NCBI GenBank assembly: GCA_904063045.1
Contig: CAJFCJ010000031.1
Location: 155,105 to 219,104, forward strand
Source: Dimorphilus gyrociliatus
Lineage: Eukaryota > Animalia > Annelida
Reading direction: 5' to 3'
DNA: 64,000 nucleotides
The position numbers were made by a program, and so were the translations under genes. The stretch's first letter is position 1, and the number at the start of each line of letters is the position of its first letter. The notes beneath the pieces are model-generated. The model saw only the letters and a list, made by a program, of their open reading frames with translations. It did not search any database and was not told where the DNA came from. Positions 57,090-64,000 of the stretch are shown one piece after another.

Positions 57090-59038
57090 AACAATTATAC
57101 TTAAATGGCGGAGTTCTATTCATAACATCAAGAATATTAGTTATGGATTTATTAACTAAGAAAGTTCCTTCTCAACTAGTATCAGGAATTATTATATTTA
57201 AAGCTCATAAGTTAGTATATAGACCTAATTATTAAAAAATATATAGTATTTATTAATTTTTTTTAAAATAAAGAATTATGGAATCTCATCAAGAAGCTTT
57301 CATTTTAAGATTGTATAGAATGCAAAATCAGGTAAGTTGTTTAGTTTGTTATTTCACTTGATTTCTTTTGTAATTTGTCTTTTTTTTTCATATTTAGACT
57401 GGTTTCGTTAAGGCTTTTTCTGATAATCCAACAGCATTTATCAAAGGTTTATGCTATGTGGAAAGGGTATTAAAAGCTTTATATGTAAAAAAGTTGTTTC
57501 TTTGGCCAAGATTTCATGCCGATGTGAAAGATCTTATGGAAAAGCATACGATTGACGTTGTTGAAATGGAAATTGAAATGACACCGGCAATGGCTAGTTG
57601 CCAAACTGCCTTACTAGATATTATATCATCCTGCGTTCGAGAAATGAAAAAAAGTCATCCATCGGTTTGTTTCTTTTGATTGATATCTTAAATATTGGAA
57701 ATAATTTTCTATTCTTTATATTTAGTTAGACGCCGACGAAGACATTACAATCGAAACTGCTCTATCTCAAAATTTTGATAGAACTCTGAGACGTCATTTA
57801 GATCCAATTTGGCATCAACTATCTATAAAAACAAAAAATTTAGTCAGCGATTTAAGAATGGTTCGAGAAATTTTAGGGTAAATTACTATTGATTAATTAT
57901 ATATATCTAATATATATATATAGAATATGTACAGTATATATTGTTTATTGTACCCTACTACAGAAATCTTACTCAGTACGATGCCATTAATTTCTATCAG
58001 TTCATCAAATCAATTAGATCCAGCGAAAGAACGTTTATATCTAGTGATAGCTGGCTTTATTTAGACGCTGCTGATTCCTTATTTACGGTTTGTTAAAATA
58101 TAAATAAACGAAGCCAACTTGTAAAGGTAATAAACTTAACTTGAAATAATACGTTTTGTTTTTTTAAATGTAAAGGCTGCAAAGCAAAGAGTTTATTCTT
58201 CTAATAAGAAAACAAAAGCAAAGCCTGGTGTGGCTGCCGAAGCTGATCTTTGGGACGATGAAGAGGAAACTACAGATAGCCCTGCTGAAGAATGCCCAAA
58301 ATGGAAAGTACTTTCTGACGTAATTAAAGAAATAAGGGAGCATTGTCAAGATGATAGCGCATGTAGAATAATGATAATCGCAAAGGATATTAGAACTTGC
58401 AATCTTCTGCAAGAAGTTGTTTTTTTTTTTTTGAATTGTACACTTTAAAATGATGATCATTCTGTTCAAAATATGTTTTTCAGTATCTAAAATGCGGCGG
58501 TAATCAAATGTTGAAGAGAATTAAAGATCGTATGAACGAAATGAACAACGCAGCCAATCGTCGTTGCAAAACAACAAAGAATACAAAAAGTAATGAGCTG
58601 ACCTTAACTCAAATGATAACTCACGATTCGTCCGGTGATGAGGTAACTAATAAATAGTTGAATAATTTAAAAGAAAAAAAGAAGCAAAGAAATCAATAGA
58701 GGTGTCTTTTCCTACAGGATGATGTTAAAACAAAAAAAATCAAAATTGGATTAGTCGATGAAGCGTTAACGGTCTTTCATCCTTTATATGGCAATAGCGA
58801 TCCTTATAGTATTTTACGAACTTTATCTGAACTGCAACCAACTTACGTTATACTCTATGATCCGGAAATATCAGTGGTTAGACAATTGGAAATATTTAAA
58901 GCTTGTAATCCGGGAAAACCGCTAAGGGTCTACTTTCTTTTATATTCAAACTCGTCGGAGGAGCAAAGATATCTTTTAACCGTACAAAAAGAGAAGCAAG
59001 CATTTGAGTATTTAATCAAAGAGAAAGCTGTAAGATAT
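57090..59038 (+). CDS. ERCC4: XPF internal exons; about 9, boundaries approximate
   Basis: Frame-consistent pieces separated by short introns: [258 protein letters not shown]... [104 protein letters not shown]. Typical XPF helicase-like domain. Confidence 0.6.
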
Positions 59039-59102
59039 TATCACAATATTACACTTTAGTACGTTATCTATTGGGTAATAATGCCTTTTCTAATCGTTTT
59101 AG

Positions 59103-59972
59103 GCATTGGTTATAAGAGATGATCAAGATGATAAAATGGAGGATGACGACGAGGAGACTTCATTGTCATTTCGCGATGCTCGTGCACCCGTTGAACACAA
59201 AATAATCGTTGATGTAAGGGAGTTTCGAAGTAAACTACCCTCTGTATTACATAAAAAGAACATTACAATTGAACCTGCGACTATAGAAATAGGAGACTAT
59301 ATTCTCACTCCGGAAATTTGTGTAGAAAGAAAAAGTTTAAGTGATCTTATTGGTTCATTGAATAATGGAAGATTGTATAATCAATGTCAAGCTATGTGTC
59401 GTCATTATCGCAAACCTGTTCTACTGATCGAATTTGATAAGAACAAACCATTTTCTCTGTTACAAGGAAAATATAACGTCTCAACAGAAATGATTACGCA
59501 TGATATAATGGGGAAATTAACCCTTTTAACTTTACATTTTAACCGAGTTAGATTAATTTGGAGCCAGGATGCCTATAAAACTGCAACGATATTTAGAGAA
59601 TTAAAAGAAAATAGAGAACAACCCAATCTAAAAGATGCTCTATCGTTAGAAAAGAGTGAAGAAGAAGCAATGCTATTGGGAGGAATGTATGAACACGTCG
59701 CCAAAGATTTAATTCTAAAAATGCCCGGTATCAATACAAAAAACGCTTATACAATTTTGAATAAAGTTTCCAATGTTGCGGATTTGGCCACCAAATCAAA
59801 AGAGGATCTTGGAAAGATACTTCACAGCGATATTCATGGTGAAAAATTGTACACTTTTATGAATCATCACGAAACAAGTCAAGGTATTGGAGTTAATGCC
59901 ACCAGACAAAAGGTGGAGAAGAAGAGGTTACAGCTTAAACCGAGGCGTAAAAAGAATGAAAAACTATTTTAA
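59103..59972 (+). CDS. ERCC4: XPF terminal exon: ERCC4 nuclease domain and tandem HhH; stop at 59970-59972
   Basis: ...IVDVREFRSKLPSVLHKKNITIEPATIEIGDYILTPEICVERKSLSDLIGSLNNGRLYNQCQAMCRHYRKPVLLIEFDKNKPFSL... ERKSxxDLxxSxxxGRLxxQ is the ERCC4 nuclease signature. ...LKMPGINTKNAYTILNKVSNVADLATKSKEDLGKIL (HhH2). Confidence 0.92.
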   Translation, partial: ALVIRDDQDDKMEDDDEETSLSFRDARAPVEHKIIVDVREFRSKLPSVLHKKNITIEPATIEIGDYILTPEICVERKSLSDLIGSLNNGRLYNQCQAMCRHYRKPVLLIEFDKNKPFSLLQGKYNVSTEMITHDIMGKLTLLTLHFNRVRLIWSQDAYKTATIFRELKENREQPNLKDALSLEKSEEEAMLLGGMYEHVAKDLILKMPGINTKNAYTILNKVSNVADLATKSKEDLGKILHSDIHGEKLYTFMNHHETSQGIGVNATRQKVEKKRLQLKPRRKKNEKLF

Positions 59973-60123
59973 ATAAATGCTATATATTTATATACCTATG
60001 TGTTTAATTAACAAAAAACAGTCTTCAAGATGAATCTTAACAAAGCTCTTTCAAATTTCACTACTTCAAATGGGAATAATATCCTTTCGGTACGACCTTC
60101 GTCGGAGACCGTGAATTCATTTT

Positions 60124-60629
60124 TTATAGTATAGGGGATGTCATACCATAATATCGTGATATTACACTGCCCTGACAGGTTTTCTGTCTAACTCCAAGAG
60201 GTCTTCTTGTCGAATAAAAATTTGCTAGAGGTTTGTTGCTGTTGTCCAAAAGAACATTTACATCTTCCGTTATTTTTCCGGAAATTCTTCTCAAGACATG
60301 ATTCATCAATCTAATGCCAGCACCAGATTTTCGAACTTGGGTGGCAACGAGACGTAAGGCTTGTTCTTCTAGTTCATATATTGTCTTTTTTCGACCGCTC
60401 GTGATAAATGCCGTCAGAGCTTCTTCAACGTAATTAGAATAAGGAAGGTGACTATTCAATTTCGGTTGGCATTGCTGAAAGCTGCCACTCAAGTTCGAAA
60501 CATCTTTGGCTGACCAGGAGGATAGTTGGCTCCTTTGAAACTTAAATTTCCTTCTTGCCGAAACCATTCCTTCATCTTCAATGTACTTTATAATAGCTTT
60601 TCGCTCACCCAACGTATAAGTTCGACGTT
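60124..60629 (-). CDS. Brinker/psq-type HTH protein gene, exon 2 (DNA-binding domain); stop at 60124-60126
   Basis: (K)RRTYTLGERKAIIKYIEDEGMVSARRKFKFQRSQLSSWSAK... follows the Brinker DNA-binding-domain pattern (RRIFPPHFKLQVLESYRNDNDCKGNQRATARKYNIHRRQIQKWL) and CENP-B/psq-like HTH. Acceptor ttttttgtatag. Confidence 0.5.
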
Positions 60630-60713
60630 CTATACAAAAAATACACAAATATATATATATATATAAGCTTTTACAAGAAAAAAAAGAAAAGGTTCAACAA
60701 ATATTCAACTTAC

Positions 60714-60936
60714 TTTTCTTTCTAATTCTGCACGAGGAAGGAATTGATGGTAAGTCTCCAAAACTAGTTTTTATTAATCTTTCATCTTGTAAATATTCAG
60801 CATTTTTGGTAATAGGATACATATCGGCATCAGTGTCTATTTCAACAACGTTGTCCGTTTCCATGGCCACTACGTGGTTACCAGAATAGTCATAATTGTT
60901 ATAATTGTTCATTGAGTTAGCGGAAAAACTGCCCAT
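60714..60936 (-). CDS. Small Brinker/psq-type HTH protein gene, exon 1; ATG at 60934-60936
   Basis: MGSFSANSMNNYNNYDYSGNHVVAMETDNVVEIDTDADMYPITKNAEYLQDERLIKTSFGDLPSIPSSCRIRKK. Donor A|GTAAGT, phase-consistent with exon 2. Confidence 0.5.
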
Positions 60937-61107
60937 TGCTTCTCTAGTACTTTTAATTTATGCAGCAAAAAAGTGAATTAACCTCATATTATGAATAACT
61001 GAATCCTTTTACCAAAAGAGGTCAGGAAACCAAAGTTATCTGCAAAGTTATTAATAAATAAATTGAAAAATTATCAACACTATTCATAATAAAATAATAA
61101 GAAAAGA

Positions 61108-61112
61108 GAAAT

Positions 61113-61142
<30 letters not shown>
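61108..61142. repeat. (GA)n microsatellite (GAGA-type)
   Basis: agagagagagagagagagagagagagaaagagaa. Confidence 0.95.
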
Positions 61143-61144
<2 letters not shown>

Positions 61145-63115
61145 CTTTGATAAAAAGCTATTATAGTTTAGAGAATTGAAATTAGATTTCAAGTATTGAA
61201 AAACAAATCATTTCAATCTCTCGGATAATTATATATATCAAAAAACTATTATAAGATATTTAATTGTTCAAGTTCTCATTCAGTTGACAAATTTAAATTA
61301 TAATACGAATAAATAAGCCATAATAAAGCAAACTATACCTGGGCTCTTAGATTAGTGCAGCAAAAAAGGAGAAGGCAGCGTTTTTAACTCGGTAACCCGA
61401 GGACAAGGGTATCGATTTGGTGGTGATTTGCGGTATTTATACCTAAATTCAACACTACTCAACTTCCAAGTTGTCCTCAGTAAAAAATTGTTTGTCTTTA
61501 ACTTTTAGAACTCTATAAAAAATGGAAAAAAGCTAAAAAACAAAGTTGTTTTTGAGCATAAATCACCTTTTAAAGGAACTAATCCGACCTTTTCAGAATT
61601 TTATTGATTATTTGATGGAAATTCTACGAAAATTAGAGGATTTTTTGTAAAAAAATTGCTAAATAAAGGCTATTTTTTAGTTAATTTTTCAAAAAATTAA
61701 AAAAAATTAAAGAAACAATCATTAAAATATATAAATATTCATAAATATGTAAATTTTCCTAAGAATATTTGAATATTTTTAAATAATAATTATTCAAATT
61801 TATTATTTATCGGTTATTTAAAGTGAAAAATGTATGGAAAGATTTTATTAATAATCTAATAATAAAGTTAATCGACCTGGAAAATGGATGAAGAAAACAT
61901 GTTTTTTTTTAATAAAAAAAACCAGCAACGTGCAAAAATTCATCATAAAAAAGAAGGTTAATTTTTGTTATCTTCAAGGAAAAAGCGCGTATAATGAAAT
62001 AAGATAAACAATTAGAATAAATGATATGGTCATTTATCCCCTTTCTTCTCTTCTTTCTTCTTTTTTTCTGCTCCTCCTTCTCTTATATCTCTCCTTCTAT
62101 TTTTTATTCCTATTTAGTTTTTCAGCTTGATAAAATTAATATATGAGATAAATTTAGCAAACTGTCAATTGGATATTTTTATTATCTCGTTTCCAACTGT
62201 TCCCGTAGAGTGATGTCCTCTCGAAGGATTTTGTTCAATTTACAAATGACAAATTAATTATGAGTCGTTAAGTTAATCAACAATTGTATCCGAAACTAAT
62301 AATAATAGAACTTTAAAGTATAAAATCTTTATAAACATCTATACAATACGCTCAAAAACATAGTTTGGCCGGACAGATAATGATAATAAGGGAAAGTTTC
62401 AAAGGGTAATTGTTATCGTTTTATAGAGCTTCAATATTGAAAGTTAATCGAGAAACATATCAATTAGGGCGTTTGAGGTAAAGATTATAAAAGGGAGAGA
62501 AATTTTAGATGTAAAAAAAAAGGAAGAGAGGAAACAATTTTTCCTGTGATGAATGAAATAAATTCAAATGATCGGAAAACAAAAGGGACAACTAACTAAA
62601 TGAAACTAGGATAGAGAAACAGTCAGCATCTTTTAGACTTTCCTACTTCAAAGAGAGATTTGAAAGCTTTACAGTTTTTGATTAAAATATTTAGGCTAAA
62701 GAATCCTGATAGTTGGAGGAGACAATAGTTTGGTACTATGGTTATTAATCATTCATACTAACTCTTCAGAGGAGTAAAAGAAAACTTCAGAAGAGGCAGT
62801 TAGTCATTATTATTGTTAGGTGTGCTGATAAGATGTCGTAAAGTGACGAAAAAGGGAATAAATCCATCATCTATGTAAAGCTTCTTCACGAAGAGTAATT
62901 AACAATATACTACAACAAGTAAATATTTGGACAAAGAGAAATTTTTTTCCATCATTCTATTTAAGATTCTCTTTCAAATCCTTTGGCAAATTTCCAAATG
63001 ATTTTAATGAATCTGTCAAGATAACAAAAGTAGTCTAATGAGTTGATTAGACGAAATATTCCCTTTCTTTCCTTTCATAATATTCTTACAAACAAAATAA
63101 ATAACAAGACTTTCT

Positions 63116-63155
63116 GCCTCCCTCCCTCCATCCCTCCCTCCCTCTCTCCTCCCTT
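63116..63155. repeat. C/T-rich (CCCT/CTCC)n tract; GAGAG-type on the opposite strand
   Basis: ctgcctccctccctccatccctccctccctctctcctccc; a second (GA)n run sits at 63698-63722. Confidence 0.9.
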
Positions 63156-64000
63156 TAATAATTACAAACCATATAGGAAGATATATCAGCATATATTTAT
63201 GCATTTATGCAAAACTGCTGATTAAGCACAATCTATTTTACATGGAATAAATGATTCACAAAATATTCTCTAAAAGATTTAGAATAAAACAAAAGGGGAA
63301 GATGAAAGGAATTGTTTCATTATTCGATTTACTGTTTGGCATATTCATTAGAGATAAGTAGAAAGATGATGAAGGAAGATAATGGCTGGCAAGTAAAGAA
63401 TAGAAAAACACAATCCGAAAAGAATAGGCGTACATCATCAGTTGGAATAGATGATAATAGAAATGGAAAATTAGTGTTGATGAGGAATTTCTATAAGCTG
63501 GGAGAAGAGGGGGATAGGTAAGGGAATATAGGAAGATAGAAGGAAAATATACTGACTTATAAAATAGGATTTCCGGTTTATATTCAGATGAAATGCAAAC
63601 AACAAACACGTCTCTTGATATTTTACAATACCAAATTTATCATGGGATACAAAAAATATTGAAAATTGTCTTGCTAACTCTGTTTTGCTTTTGACAAAGA
63701 GAAAGAGAGAGAGAGAGAGAGGGAGGAAGAAGTGGAGACAGAAAGAATATATGCTATATAAATCCTATGATGTTGAATTGAAATGTAGATGACGGATAAA
63801 ATTAGCCAAATTAATGTAGTCAATTATATTGTTTTTTTTTAAGGATTAATTAACTGTCTGAAAGTAGCAAGTGTCCTTCTCTTCCTATAAAATGAAGGAT
63901 GTTGAAGAGAGATTACTCTCAGTCTATTCATGATAGAAGATGCAAAAAGATTTTTTAAAACTATAACATAAGGCAAGAATAAGTTTTTTTTGTCCTTTTT

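Noticed and set aside
63016-63609. ORFs of 60-117 aa near the window end
   Set aside because: They are driven by CT/GA-rich low-complexity sequence, with no splice signals and no homology-like content.

Overview
This window is eukaryotic nuclear DNA, not prokaryotic. It is AT-rich (roughly one-third GC), has short introns of about 60-100 bp with GT..AG boundaries, and carries many (CT)n/(GA)n and (TA)n microsatellites. This looks like an insect genome, most likely a hymenopteran such as a bee; that is an inference from base composition only. I read about 15 multi-exon protein-coding genes by translating the six-frame ORFs and stitching exons at canonical splice sites. In window order they are: (1) a PH-EF-X-Y-C2 phosphoinositide phospholipase C of the delta/eta class with a long C-terminal tail (-). 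(2) A large EFCAB5-like gene encoding an N-terminal Dpy-30/RIIa-like motif, a 166-aa Lys/Glu-rich exon, an EF-hand and a GAF-like domain (-). (3) A DNAAF3-like dynein axonemal assembly factor (+), head-to-head with gene 2 across a ~270-bp shared promoter. (4) An uncharacterised protein carrying a canonical PAM2 PABP-binding motif (-). (5) The slingshot cofilin phosphatase, with SSH-N, DEK-C and DUSP domains (+). (6) An ORP9/10/11-type oxysterol-binding-protein-related protein with a PH domain and the EQVSHHPP signature (+). (7) A proline- and acid-rich disordered protein of unknown function (+). (8) A CPEB2-4/Orb2-type cytoplasmic polyadenylation element binding protein (-). (9) A DDX52/ROK1-like DEAD-box helicase (+). 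(10) A MATE/SLC47 efflux transporter (-), whose stop codon lies about 65 bp from the helicase stop. (11) An ARHGAP39/Vilse-type RhoGAP with WW, MyTH4 and RhoGAP domains (-). (12) LIS1/PAFAH1B1, with LisH and seven WD40 repeats (+). (13) Acetoacetyl-CoA synthetase (+). (14) An ACAA2-like 3-ketoacyl-CoA/acetoacetyl-CoA thiolase (-), convergent with gene 13. (15) XPF/ERCC4 (mei-9 type) nuclease (+). A small two-exon gene encoding a Brinker/psq-type HTH protein lies downstream (-). I found no rRNA, tRNA, CRISPR array or transposon ORF. Gene-free stretches at 16.3-20.3 kb, 46.0-49.4 kb and 60.9-64.0 kb carry GC-richer islands and GA/CT-rich tracts and probably hold promoters or untranslated exons. 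Coordinates were counted by hand from the printed sequence and may be off by a few bases. Several internal exons, marked in the evidence fields, are only approximate.
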